The notes under the pieces were generated by a model, which was not told the origin of the DNA, searched no databases, and was given only the letters and a program-made list of their open reading frames with translations. Of a stretch of 38,551 bases of DNA, positions 1 to 8,507 are shown in pieces. Source of the DNA: an uncultured Peptococcaceae bacterium (GTDB lineage Bacteria; Bacillota; Desulfotomaculia; Desulfotomaculales; Desulfallaceae); the NCBI GenBank assembly GCA_913064925.1, contig CAJYBN010000001.1, positions 1-38,551 on the forward strand, given 5' to 3'. Position 1 is the stretch's first letter. Each line of letters opens with the position of its first letter. Both the position numbers and the translations under genes were made by a program.

Positions 1-632
1 GCGGTCCCCGGGAACCCATCGACCCGGTGCGTTTTATCGGCAACCGCAGTTCGGGCAAAATGGGCTATGCCTTGGCCGAGGCCGCGGTGGACAGGGGCGC
101 ACAGGTTTACCTGGTTTCCGGTCCTACCGGGTTGGAACCTCCCGCCGGCGTCAAGCTGACCAGCGTGGAGACTGCCGAAGAGATGTACCGGGCGGTGATG
201 GGTCTGTACCCGGATGTGGATGTAGTGGTAAAGGCTGCGGCCGTGGCGGACTACCGCCCGCGCACGGCGTCGCCGCAGAAAATAAAAAAAGACCGGGACA
301 GCCTGGTTATCGAACTGGAAAAAAACCCGGATATTTTGCGGGAACTGGGCAGGAAGAAGGAACAACAGCTGCTGGTGGGTTTTGCGGCGGAAACGGAGGA
401 CCTGATTGACAACGCGCGGCAAAAATTACACGATAAGAAACTGGACTTGCTTGTGGCTAATGATGTGACCCAGCCGGGGGCCGGGTTCGGTGCCGATACC
501 AATTTGGCCAAGCTGTTGTTCCCGGACGGGCGCGTGGAATCCCTCCCTTTGATGGATAAGTTGGAGCTCAGCCACCGCATCTGGGATGAGGTTGTCAAGC
601 TGCGGGCGCAAAAGCAAGAGGCAGCAGGTTAA
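1..632 (+). CDS. coaBC: CoaBC (phosphopantothenoylcysteine decarboxylase / phosphopantothenate-cysteine ligase), C-terminal CoaB part; 5' end lies outside the window
   Basis: The frame is open from the window edge to TAA at 630-632. GNRSSGKMGYALAEAA, KAAAVADYRP and LLVANDV are typical CoaB/Dfp ligase-domain motifs. Confidence 0.85.
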   Translation, partial: GPREPIDPVRFIGNRSSGKMGYALAEAAVDRGAQVYLVSGPTGLEPPAGVKLTSVETAEEMYRAVMGLYPDVDVVVKAAAVADYRPRTASPQKIKKDRDSLVIELEKNPDILRELGRKKEQQLLVGFAAETEDLIDNARQKLHDKKLDLLVANDVTQPGAGFGADTNLAKLLFPDGRVESLPLMDKLELSHRIWDEVVKLRAQKQEAAG

Positions 633-665
633 TCTGCTGCTTAAGGCTGTTGAGATACCTTGGCA

Positions 666-708
666 GGCGCTTCCGGCGCGGAGTTTGGAGTTAGCTAACG
701 GAAGCGCC
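666..708. terminator. Hairpin between convergent coaBC and the 714-1100 gene (possible bidirectional terminator)
   Basis: Perfect 10-bp arms GGCGCTTCCG (666-675) / CGGAAGCGCC (699-708) with a 23-nt loop. Only a weak T tract follows, so function is uncertain. Confidence 0.4.
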
Positions 709-713
709 CTTTG

Positions 714-1100
714 TCAACACTTTGCATCTTGGTTGGTCATAAGGGTGAGGTAAGTGGTTTGGCCTTCCTTGAACCCCCTGACCAGTTCGCAGTGGCGCAG
801 CACGGCAAATTGCTTTTCCAGCTCCCACTGGGGCAGGTCGAAATGACGGGCCAGTTCATCGCGGGTAATTTTCCCTTTTTCTTTGATTAACTCGTATATT
901 TGCTTCTGCAGTGGCGTCAGCCCCTCCGCTCCCCGCAGGCCAAGCTGGGCACGCGTAGCTTTGGCGCTGGCTACTGCGGCGGGATCGCAGGGCTTCGGCG
1001 GTTGCAGGACGTCAATATAACAGTCCTCGCAGAGCCGCTTGCCGTACCACTCGTAGCTTTGATCTTTGCTTATTTGGCTATGACACCTGTCGCAAGTCAC
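714..1100 (-). CDS. Small zinc-ribbon + winged-helix protein, function unknown
   Basis: The tracked ORF is 714-1163. I place the start at GTG (1098-1100) because AAGGAGGTG (1108-1116, minus strand) lies 7 nt upstream. The N-terminus has CDRC...CEDC (two CxxC pairs). The C-terminus LTPLQKQIYELIKEKGKITRDELARHF looks like a wHTH. Confidence 0.6.
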   Translation of the reverse strand: MTCDRCHSQISKDQSYEWYGKRLCEDCYIDVLQPPKPCDPAAVASAKATRAQLGLRGAEGLTPLQKQIYELIKEKGKITRDELARHFDLPQWELEKQFAVLRHCELVRGFKEGQTTYLTLMTNQDAKC

Positions 1101-1122
1101 GCTGCCGCACCTCCTTGCTACT

Positions 1123-1151
1123 ATTGTACTATTCAACATATTAAATGTAAA
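1123..1151 (-). promoter_or_regulatory. Sigma-A-type promoter for the 714-1100 gene
   Basis: Minus strand reads TTTACA (1146-1151), 17-nt spacer, TACAAT (1123-1128), just upstream of the RBS. Confidence 0.5.
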
Positions 1152-1169
1152 TATATTAACCAAATAGCT

Positions 1170-1670
1170 TTATTTTTTGTTGAGGCCGGCCTGCAACTTT
1201 TGCAGTAATTCTACGAGCCTGGTTTTTTCCTCGGTACTCAGGCCGGACATGGCTTCCCGGGTAAAAACCGTGTGAATGGGCAGTATATTTTCCATGAGGA
1301 GCAGGGCCTTGGCGGTGAGTCTAGCCCGGCAAACACGACGGTCCACAGGGTCGGTTTCTCTGACCACCAGGTTGTCTCTTTCCAGCCGGTCTATCAAACC
1401 AGTAATGTTAGCCTTACTCACCAGCATGCGCTCGCCAAGCTCCGAAAGAGACAGACCCCGGTCGCCCGCCTGACGCAGCTGCATAAGAGCATTGAATTTG
1501 GGCTGCGACAGGCCGAAACGGGCAAAATGCCTGCTCAGGACGTCTTCCAGCAGGTCGTATGTTTTGGTAAGTTCGATTATGGTTCTTATGGCCCAATAGG
1601 CATCATTTTCCTCAGTCAACTGTATTTCCCCCACATGTAGAATTTTATAGACAATATTCAGCGCTGTCAA
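1170..1670 (-). CDS. MarR-family transcriptional regulator
   Basis: LSQPKFNALMQL...LSLSELGERMLVSKANITGLIDRLERDNLVVRETDPVDRR is a canonical MarR wHTH. The TTG start at 1670 has no clear RBS, so the true start may be slightly downstream. Confidence 0.8.
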   Translation of the reverse strand: MTALNIVYKILHVGEIQLTEENDAYWAIRTIIELTKTYDLLEDVLSRHFARFGLSQPKFNALMQLRQAGDRGLSLSELGERMLVSKANITGLIDRLERDNLVVRETDPVDRRVCRARLTAKALLLMENILPIHTVFTREAMSGLSTEEKTRLVELLQKLQAGLNKK

Positions 1671-1705
1671 TAAACTGGAGGGAAGGTAGGGAAGGTAAAC
1701 AGGTT

Positions 1706-2632
1706 ATGAGCGGCGTAAACAACAACATTTTAGAACTGGTGGGCCGAACGCCGGTAGTCAGGTTGCACAAGGTGAAGGACGGATGCCCGGCGGAAATACT
1801 GGCCAAGCTGGAAATGGTCAATCCCAGCGGCAGCGCCAAAGCCAGGGCGGCGCTGGGCATGATTACAGCTGCCGAAAAAGCGGGAAAAATCAATCCGGGG
1901 AGTGTTATCGTCGAACCGACCAGCGGCAACCAGGGCATTGCGCTGGCCATGGTGGGGGCTGTTAAGGGGTACCGCGTTATCGTGGTTATGCCGGATTCCA
2001 TGAGCAGGGAGCGGCAGCAGCTGGCCAGGGCCTACGGGGCCGAAGTGGTGCTCACTCCCGCTGCGGAAGATATCACCGGGGCAATGAACAAGGCGCGGGA
2101 GCTGGTGGCGCAAATTCCAGGCGCGTGGATGCCGGACCAGTTTTCTAATCCCGACAACCCGGCATTTCACGAGCAAACGACGGCCAGAGAAATACTGGCA
2201 CAGGTGGACGGCGAAATCCATGCCCTTGTGGCCGGCGTCGGCACCGGGGGTACGCTGACCGGCGTGGCCAGGGTGCTGAAGAAAAGATATCCGGGAATAA
2301 AAGTGTACGCTGTGGAGCCCAAGAGGTCGGCGGTCCTGTCCGGGGGTAAACCGGGCCCACACGGCATCCAAGGTATTGGGGACGGTTTTGTGCCCGGCAA
2401 CCTGGACCTTTCCCTGGTGGATGCGCCCTTTGCCGTAGATGATGAGGAAGCTTTTCACATGACCAGGCGGCTGGCCCGGGAGGAAGGCCTGCTGGTGGGG
2501 ATCTCCTCCGGCGCTGCCGTGCACGCCGCCGTGTCGGTGGGCAGGGAACTGGGCGCGGGCAAGACCGTGCTCACCTTGCTGCCCGATACCGGGGAGCGCT
2601 ATCTCAGCACGCCCGTATTTGAATTTGAATAA
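1706..2632 (+). CDS. cysK: Cysteine synthase A / O-acetylserine sulfhydrylase (PLP-dependent)
   Basis: 308 aa. Contains the PLP-lysine region NPSGSAKAR, the GVGTGGTLTG loop and ISSGAA. A GGGAAGG RBS precedes the ATG. Confidence 0.85.
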   Translation: MSGVNNNILELVGRTPVVRLHKVKDGCPAEILAKLEMVNPSGSAKARAALGMITAAEKAGKINPGSVIVEPTSGNQGIALAMVGAVKGYRVIVVMPDSMSRERQQLARAYGAEVVLTPAAEDITGAMNKARELVAQIPGAWMPDQFSNPDNPAFHEQTTAREILAQVDGEIHALVAGVGTGGTLTGVARVLKKRYPGIKVYAVEPKRSAVLSGGKPGPHGIQGIGDGFVPGNLDLSLVDAPFAVDDEEAFHMTRRLAREEGLLVGISSGAAVHAAVSVGRELGAGKTVLTLLPDTGERYLSTPVFEFE

Positions 2633-2746
2633 GAGAATTTGAATAGGAGAACTAGCGAGGGCTGCTCTGCCGGGTCAGCCGCGGGTTAGGGGTCGGTAGG
2701 TTGATTGGCGAACACGGGTGACGCCCCACCAACAAGGAGTGAAACG

Positions 2747-3445
2747 ATGGCATACAAGGTGCTGGTTGTCGACGACGAGGAGTCCATCGTCAGGCTGGTT
2801 ACCTTCAACCTGGAAAAAGAGGGGTTCCAAACGCTAAAGGCCTACAACGGGGAAGAGGCGCTGGAAATCATCAGCGCGGAGAAACCGGACCTGGTGGTGC
2901 TGGACATTATGCTGCCGGGGCTGGACGGTTTTGAAGTCTGCCGGCGCATCCGCCGCGAAGAATGGCCGGTGGCGGTAATCATGCTTACCGCCCGGGACGA
3001 GGAAATAGACACGGTGCTGGGGTTGGAACTGGGGGCGGACGATTATGTTACCAAGCCCTTCAGCCCCCGTGAACTGGTGGCACGCGTCAAAGCCGTGCTC
3101 AGGCGTACTTCGGCAGGGGAAAAGCAAACCGGCGGCGAACAAATCACCGTCGGCAGCTTGGTGATCGACACCGCCAGGCACGAGGTGTACGTCAACGGGC
3201 AGCAGGTGGAACTTACCCCCAAGGAATTCGAGCTGCTGCATTTTCTGGCCCGCAACGCCGGCCGGGTAATGACCAGGGACGCCCTGCTCAATCACATTTG
3301 GGGCTATACCTACGACGGCGATACCAGAATAGTGGATGTGCACTTAAGCCACCTGCGGGAAAAAATTGAGCCCAATCCTAAAAACCCGGTATATATCAAA
3401 ACCATCAGGGGAGTGGGCTATAAATTGAAAGGTCCGGATGTTTAG
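2747..3445 (+). CDS. phoP: OmpR/PhoB-family response regulator, PhoP-like
   Basis: Receiver domain (VLVVDDEE, VLDIMLPGLDG, TKPF) plus a winged-helix output (TIRGVGYKL). I start it at ATG 2747, which is preceded by AAGGAG, rather than at the ORF-track TTG 2705. Confidence 0.8.
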   Translation: MAYKVLVVDDEESIVRLVTFNLEKEGFQTLKAYNGEEALEIISAEKPDLVVLDIMLPGLDGFEVCRRIRREEWPVAVIMLTARDEEIDTVLGLELGADDYVTKPFSPRELVARVKAVLRRTSAGEKQTGGEQITVGSLVIDTARHEVYVNGQQVELTPKEFELLHFLARNAGRVMTRDALLNHIWGYTYDGDTRIVDVHLSHLREKIEPNPKNPVYIKTIRGVGYKLKGPDV

Positions 3446-3459
3446 GTGAGAGGTCGAGT

Positions 3460-5223
3460 ATGTTCAAGCGCTTTCGCTGGCGGTTAATGACAACATATAT
3501 TGTGCTGGTCATATTTTCCATGCTGGTACTGGGTTTTTGCCTGTTGAACTCGCTGGAGGATTATTTTTACAGCAACTTGCAAACGCGGCTGGAAACCCAG
3601 GCCAAGCTGGCCTGCCGCTTGGTCAACGCCGGGTTCGACTGGAACCGCGAAAACATGGAAGAGCTGGCGGATAAAATAAGCGCCGACATAAAGGCCCGCG
3701 TCACCATTATTGACCGCGGCGGGACGGTGCTGGGGGACTCGGAAAGGGATGCCCGGGACATGGAAAACCACCTGGACCGGCCGGAAGTTATCGAAGCTAA
3801 GTCCCGTGGTGTGGGAATGGCCGTGCGGCACAGCACGACGTTGGATACGGGCATGATGTACGTGGCCGTACCCGTTACCAGAAACGGTACGACCGCCGGG
3901 TTCATGCGCCTGGCGCTGCCCCTGGCGGAAACGCGACAGGCCTTTTCCCGGCTGTGGTCGGTGGCACTGGGCGCCATTATGCTGGCCGTTTTCGTTACCG
4001 CCGCCGTCAGCCTGGCACTGAGCAAAAGGGTGACGGAACCGGTGGAAAAGCTGTCCGCCCTGGCGCGGCGCATGTCGCGGGGGGATTTTCGGGGACGCGC
4101 CGAGGTGACGAGCAGCGACGAGATCGGCGAGCTGGCCGGTACGCTTAATCAGATGGCGGAAACCATAGAGGATAAGGTCAGGCAGGTTTCCGAGGAAAAA
4201 AATAAGCTGGAGGCGGTATTGGCCAGCATGATCAGCGGCGTCGTCATTATTAACGGTAAAGGGCGGGTGGAACTGGTGAACCCGGCGGCGGAAAAATATT
4301 TTTCCTTCCCGGGTTCCGGGCTGCCCTATGACGCTTCGCTCAAGCACCCGGAGCTGTCGGCGGCCATAAAGACTGCGCTGGAAAGCGGTCAAGTGGTGGA
4401 GCGGGAAATAAAGATGGCTGCACCTAAGGAAACAACTCTGCAGGTCGTCATTTCCCCTGTCCTCGATCATACGGGCAACCTGGCCGGCGTGGTGGCGGTT
4501 TTGCACGATATCACCGAAATACGGAAGCTGGAAAAAGTGCGCTCGGAATTCGTGGCCAACGTTTCTCACGAGTTGAAAACCCCGGTGACGGCGGTGAAAG
4601 GCTTTACCGAAACGCTGCTGGACGGGGCCATGCACGACCCGGAAACGTGCCGCGAGTTCGTGGAAATAATCGATAACGAAGCCGGGCGGCTAAAAAGGTT
4701 GATCCATGATTTACTGGAATTGTCAAGGATTGAGGCCAAACAGGTCAAGCTCAAACTTAAGCCTGAGAACGTATCGTCCCTGGTTAGGGACACGGCTTTA
4801 AAACTGCAGGGCCAGGCGGAAAATGCCGGCCTCACCATCGAGCTGCGGCTGCCCGCCGGGCCCGTCATGGCCCGCTTGGACCGGGATATGATAGAGCAGG
4901 TGATGGTCAACCTGGTGGACAATGCCATTAAATACACCCCCGCCGGGGGGAGGATTGAAATCGAGGTTGAAGAAAAGCAGCGCGACGCTGTTGTTTGGGT
5001 GCGGGACACCGGCATCGGTATTCCGCCCGAAGATATAGACAGGGTTTTTGAACGGTTTTACCGGGTGGATAAAACCAGAAGCCGCCTGCAGGGCGGCACC
5101 GGCCTGGGTCTCAGCATCGTCAAGCACATCGTTGACATACACGGCGGGACGGTAGGCGTGGAAAGCAAGCCGGGCAAAGGTTCAGCGTTTTTCTTTACCC
5201 TGCCCAAAGAAAAACGGCAGTAA
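3460..5223 (+). CDS. phoR: Sensor histidine kinase, PhoR-like (TM-HAMP-PAS-HisKA-HATPase)
   Basis: H-box FVANVSHELKTP, N-box NLVDNAIKYT, G-boxes DTGIGI and GGTGLGLSIV. Has an N-terminal TM segment. Lies adjacent to phoP and the pst genes. Confidence 0.8.
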   Translation: MFKRFRWRLMTTYIVLVIFSMLVLGFCLLNSLEDYFYSNLQTRLETQAKLACRLVNAGFDWNRENMEELADKISADIKARVTIIDRGGTVLGDSERDARDMENHLDRPEVIEAKSRGVGMAVRHSTTLDTGMMYVAVPVTRNGTTAGFMRLALPLAETRQAFSRLWSVALGAIMLAVFVTAAVSLALSKRVTEPVEKLSALARRMSRGDFRGRAEVTSSDEIGELAGTLNQMAETIEDKVRQVSEEKNKLEAVLASMISGVVIINGKGRVELVNPAAEKYFSFPGSGLPYDASLKHPELSAAIKTALESGQVVEREIKMAAPKETTLQVVISPVLDHTGNLAGVVAVLHDITEIRKLEKVRSEFVANVSHELKTPVTAVKGFTETLLDGAMHDPETCREFVEIIDNEAGRLKRLIHDLLELSRIEAKQVKLKLKPENVSSLVRDTALKLQGQAENAGLTIELRLPAGPVMARLDRDMIEQVMVNLVDNAIKYTPAGGRIEIEVEEKQRDAVVWVRDTGIGIPPEDIDRVFERFYRVDKTRSRLQGGTGLGLSIVKHIVDIHGGTVGVESKPGKGSAFFFTLPKEKRQ

Positions 5224-5332
5224 ATGCGGGAAATTGCCGCGTAACCGCCGTTACCAAAGGTTATTTCACCGGAAGGTAGCTTTAGATCGCAAAATCGGTG
5301 GTATTTTAACTTCCATATCCGTGTTTAAAAGT

Positions 5333-6223
5333 TTATCTCACCGGCAGGTAGCCGACCTCCTCTACCATGGCCTGCCCTTCGGCGCTGAAGCCGAAATCCA
5401 AAAACGCCTTGGCCAAGCCCGCTGGTTCACCGATGGTGTACATGTTTAAATCGCGCACAATGGGATATTGGCCGGCTTTGGCATTTTCAATGGATGGCTC
5501 CACCGCCGGGCCGCCGTCCTTGCTGACGCGCACGGCTTTTACGCTATTATCCACGAAAGCCAGGCCGCAGTAACCGACGGCGTATTCCTCCTGGGCCACC
5601 GTTTTGACCATGGCAGCGTTGGAAGCGGTTTTCCTGCTGTTTTTGGTATATTCCTCATCGTTAAGCACAAATTCTTTAAAAAAACCGTAAGTGCCCGAGC
5701 TGGTGTCCCTGGTGTAAACGTAAATGTCCGCGTCCGGGCCGCCCACTTCCTGCCAGTTGGTTATTTTACCGGTGAAAATGTCCTTGATTTGCGCCATGGT
5801 CAGCTCTTCCACCGGGTTATTGGGATGGACGATCACGGCCAGGCCGTCGCGTCCCACTACAAATTCCTTGACGGTACCGTTGATCTGGTTGCGTTCCTTA
5901 TCTTTTATTTTGCGGGAAGCCATGGCGATGTCGGTGGTCCCGTTAATGAGCGCCGCAATGCCGTTGCCCGATCCGGTACCGGTGACCACTATATCCACGC
6001 CGGGGTGCTTGGCATTGAACGCTTCCGCCCAGGCCTGGGCCACGGGAGCCACCGTGGTAGAGCCGTTAAGGTTCAGCGTGCCGCTTAGTTCTTGCCCGCT
6101 GCCCGGGCTTTGTTGATTGTTCTGTCCGCCATTTTCCGCGTTTCCGCCGCAGCCGGCTGCCAACACGACTATCAGTGCCAGCAATAGTACTAACGGGAAT
6201 GCTTTCAGCAATTTTTTGCGCAT
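5333..6223 (-). CDS. pstS: Phosphate ABC transporter substrate-binding lipoprotein PstS
   Basis: Signal peptide with lipobox LAAGC. GSTTVAP and TGTGSGNG motifs are typical of PstS. AAAGGAGAGG RBS. Confidence 0.9.
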   Translation of the reverse strand: MRKKLLKAFPLVLLLALIVVLAAGCGGNAENGGQNNQQSPGSGQELSGTLNLNGSTTVAPVAQAWAEAFNAKHPGVDIVVTGTGSGNGIAALINGTTDIAMASRKIKDKERNQINGTVKEFVVGRDGLAVIVHPNNPVEELTMAQIKDIFTGKITNWQEVGGPDADIYVYTRDTSSGTYGFFKEFVLNDEEYTKNSRKTASNAAMVKTVAQEEYAVGYCGLAFVDNSVKAVRVSKDGGPAVEPSIENAKAGQYPIVRDLNMYTIGEPAGLAKAFLDFGFSAEGQAMVEEVGYLPVR

Positions 6224-6272
6224 TTACATAACCTCTCCTTTCGTTTTTAGGGCGCGCCCTTTTTCAGCACCA

Positions 6273-6324
6273 ACTATAACAAACGTGTTTTAACTAGCAT
6301 TAAAAACAGTGTAAATAATGTAAA
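6273..6324 (-). promoter_or_regulatory. Candidate PhoP-dependent pstS promoter (Pho boxes + -10)
   Basis: Minus strand has TTTACA (6319-6324), TTTACA (6310-6315), TTTTAA (~6300-6305) and TTAAAA (~6288-6293) at 9-12 bp spacing. A TATAGT -10 sits at 6273-6278 with no good -35. This is the pattern expected for TT(A/T/C)ACA PhoP boxes. Confidence 0.45.
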
Positions 6325-6362
6325 GATATCATAAAGGTTTATTATAGCCCGCGACTGTTGCG

Positions 6363-6395
6363 AAAAAAAAAAGCCGCCGGGCTGTTCGGCTTTTT
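6363..6395 (-). terminator. Intrinsic terminator hairpin, stronger on the minus strand
   Basis: Arms AAGCCG (6371-6376) / CGGCTT (6387-6392), extendable by A/T pairs, with a 10-nt loop. The minus-strand reading is followed by a run of 10 U (6363-6372); the plus-strand reading by 5 U. Confidence 0.6.
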
Positions 6396-6549
6396 CCGGC
6401 GCTGGAAAAAGCTTTTTTGTTTGCGATCCCACGGGTAACTCCCTATATTTCTGGAACCCGGCCAAGCTTGCGAACCCGTGGGCCCGGCAGTGCCGGCAGG
6501 TGGTGCAAATCGGCCGCTGCGTGTTAGCCCGCAGGCGGGCCCGCCGGAT
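6363..6549 (-). ncRNA. Candidate ~185-nt structured small RNA or leader (uncharacterised)
   Basis: Possible promoter on the minus strand: TTTAAT (6579-6584), 17 nt, TATATT (6556-6561). It is followed by a GC-rich hairpin-dense segment and the 6363-6395 terminator. No credible ORF is present. Confidence 0.3.
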
Positions 6550-6568
6550 GTAGTGAATATAAATTATG

Positions 6569-6629
6569 TTAAATTATTATTAAATAAGTAAATATTAAGT
6601 TTAATAATTTAATGATGATCTGGTAGAAT
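6569..6629 (+). promoter_or_regulatory. AT-rich promoter region of the Na/Pi transporter gene
   Basis: TAGAAT -10 at 6624-6629. Upstream is a block of TTAAAT/TTTAAT/TTAAGT repeats in place of a consensus -35, which may be degenerate Pho boxes. Confidence 0.35.
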
Positions 6630-6671
6630 TACTGTGGGATTGGATTGATCAAATCGCGGAGGGGACAACTC

Positions 6672-8435
6672 ATGTCTTTATCAATCCAGGAAATTGTTTT
6701 TTGCGCGTTGGGCGGCTTGGGCATGTTCTTGTTCGGTATAAAGTACATGTCGGAAGGGCTGCAAACCGTAGCCGGCAAGCGCATGCGGGAGTTCCTGGAA
6801 AAGGGAACCAAGACCCCGCTGCGCGGTGTGATCACCGGCGCGCTAACCACTGCCCTGATCCAGAGCAGCAGCGGCACCACCGTGCTCACGGTGGGCCTGG
6901 TTAACGCCGGGCTGTTAACGCTGCGCCAGGCCATCGGGGTCATCATGGGGGCCAACATTGGTACCACTATTACAGCCTACATGATCGGGTTCAAGCTGGA
7001 ACACTACGCATTGCCCATAATAGCCGTCGGCGTTATACTTATGTTTTTCATCAAGAACAAAAAGGTGGCCAACGTGGGCCAGGTTTTGTTCGGGTTCGGC
7101 ATGCTTTTTTACGGCATGAGCGTTATGGGTTATGGTTTAAAACCTCTCAAGGATTGGGACGTTTTTATCAATTTAATGACCAGCGTGGAAGACAACCCGC
7201 TGCTGGGCGTGGCCATAGGTACGGTTATGACCGTGGTGGTGCAGAGCAGCAGTGCTACCATTGGCGTGCTGCAAAACCTGGCCGACCAGGGAGCCGTGAC
7301 CTACCAGCAGGCCGTGCCCATTTTATTCGGGGACAATATCGGCACCACGGTGACGGCTTTGCTTGCTTCCATCGGCACCACCATAGCCGCGCGCCGCGCG
7401 GCGCTGACGCACACGCTTTTTAACTTAAGCGGTACCGCTATTTTTTTGCCCTTGTTTCTGCTGGGCATTTTCCCGGAGTTTATAAGACTGGCCACCAACT
7501 ATTTCTTCGTACTGCTGCCGGGGTTTGAGGGTACTTGGGAAACGCTGAACATCCGCATGCAGATCGCCCAAACCCACGGCATGTTCAATATCACCAACAC
7601 CTTGCTCCAGCTGCCTTTTGTCGGCTACCTGGCCTGGGCCGTGACCAAGATAGTGCCCGGGCCCGACGCCCAGTTTATCATGGAGCCCCGCTACCTGGAG
7701 CCGAGGCTTCTAGCCAACCCGTCGGTGGCCCTGGGGCAGGCTACCAGGGAGGTGCTGCGCATGGGCCGGCACGCCAGGCAATTTTTCAGCGAATCGGTGC
7801 AATTCTTTTTCAATCCCAGGAGCAAGGATCTTAACCCCATGTACCTAGAGCAGAAAGAGGAGTTAATCAACAGGTTGGATAATGATATTACCGATTACCT
7901 GGTCAAGCTGTCGGCCGACAAAAAAATGACTGAGGACCAGTCCAATTACGCCACCACACTGCTGCAGGTGGTTACCGACCTGGAACGCATCGGTGACCAT
8001 GCCGACAACATCGTGGAATTGTCCATTTACAGCATGGAAAACAAGATTACCTTTTCCGACGAGGCGGTGGCCAGCATACGCTCCATGGCCGAGCTGACCG
8101 AAAAAACGCTGAACATGGCCTTAAAAGCGCTGGAAACCGGCGATAGCTTTATGGCCAGGCAGGTGATCAGGAACGAAGTGGTCATTGACAACCTGGAGAA
8201 GGAATTCCGGGAAGGCCATATCATGCGCTTGAACGAGGGCCTTTGTGGTGGCGCTGAAGGTTCGGTGTTCCTGGACTTGCTGAGCAACATGGAGCGCATC
8301 GGCGACCACTCGGTGAATATAGCGGAGTACGTGCTGGGTGAGATGGGGGCCATTGAAAGGCAAAAAGTAAAGATGGCCAGCAAGGCCATCGCCATAAAAG
8401 AGGACAAGGCCCTGGCCAACGGGCCGGGCCGGTAA
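6672..8435 (+). CDS. Na+/phosphate cotransporter family protein with C-terminal PhoU-like repeats
   Basis: Polytopic N-terminal part with the duplicated QSSSGTT / QSSSATI motifs of Na/Pi-cotransporter II-related proteins. The C-terminal soluble part has two ERIGDH(A/S)xNI PhoU repeats. Start set at ATG 6672, after GGAGGGG. Confidence 0.85.
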   Translation: MSLSIQEIVFCALGGLGMFLFGIKYMSEGLQTVAGKRMREFLEKGTKTPLRGVITGALTTALIQSSSGTTVLTVGLVNAGLLTLRQAIGVIMGANIGTTITAYMIGFKLEHYALPIIAVGVILMFFIKNKKVANVGQVLFGFGMLFYGMSVMGYGLKPLKDWDVFINLMTSVEDNPLLGVAIGTVMTVVVQSSSATIGVLQNLADQGAVTYQQAVPILFGDNIGTTVTALLASIGTTIAARRAALTHTLFNLSGTAIFLPLFLLGIFPEFIRLATNYFFVLLPGFEGTWETLNIRMQIAQTHGMFNITNTLLQLPFVGYLAWAVTKIVPGPDAQFIMEPRYLEPRLLANPSVALGQATREVLRMGRHARQFFSESVQFFFNPRSKDLNPMYLEQKEELINRLDNDITDYLVKLSADKKMTEDQSNYATTLLQVVTDLERIGDHADNIVELSIYSMENKITFSDEAVASIRSMAELTEKTLNMALKALETGDSFMARQVIRNEVVIDNLEKEFREGHIMRLNEGLCGGAEGSVFLDLLSNMERIGDHSVNIAEYVLGEMGAIERQKVKMASKAIAIKEDKALANGPGR

Positions 8436-8507
8436 GGGAGATTGCGGCGGTTCGCCCGCCGAGCACAGAAAAGGTTTTTCCGGCGTGACAAACCATTGCG
8501 GGCTGTT

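Noticed and set aside
1706-2632. The cysK PLP-lysine motif reads SAKAR instead of the often-quoted SVKDR
   Set aside because: The lysine is retained, and the flanking positions vary among bona fide CysK proteins (for example SVKCR in enterobacteria). This is not evidence of altered function.
6366-6382. A 17-nt identity (AAAAAAGCCGCCGGGCT) shared by the terminators at 6363-6395 and 34388-34420
   Set aside because: It is short and low-complexity (A-run plus GC-rich stem), as expected for independent intrinsic terminators. The 3' arms and loops differ, so there is no evidence of a repeat family within the window.
6274-6465. 63-aa minus-strand ORF in the pstS / Na-Pi intergenic region
   Set aside because: TTG start without an RBS. 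The ORF reads straight through the intrinsic terminator and the pstS Pho-box promoter. The region is better explained as non-coding RNA or regulatory DNA.
6470-6495. GGGTTCGCAA on the minus strand resembles a tRNA T-loop
   Set aside because: No acceptor, D or anticodon arms can be drawn around it, and the T-loop consensus is not fully met. It is more likely part of the local hairpin.
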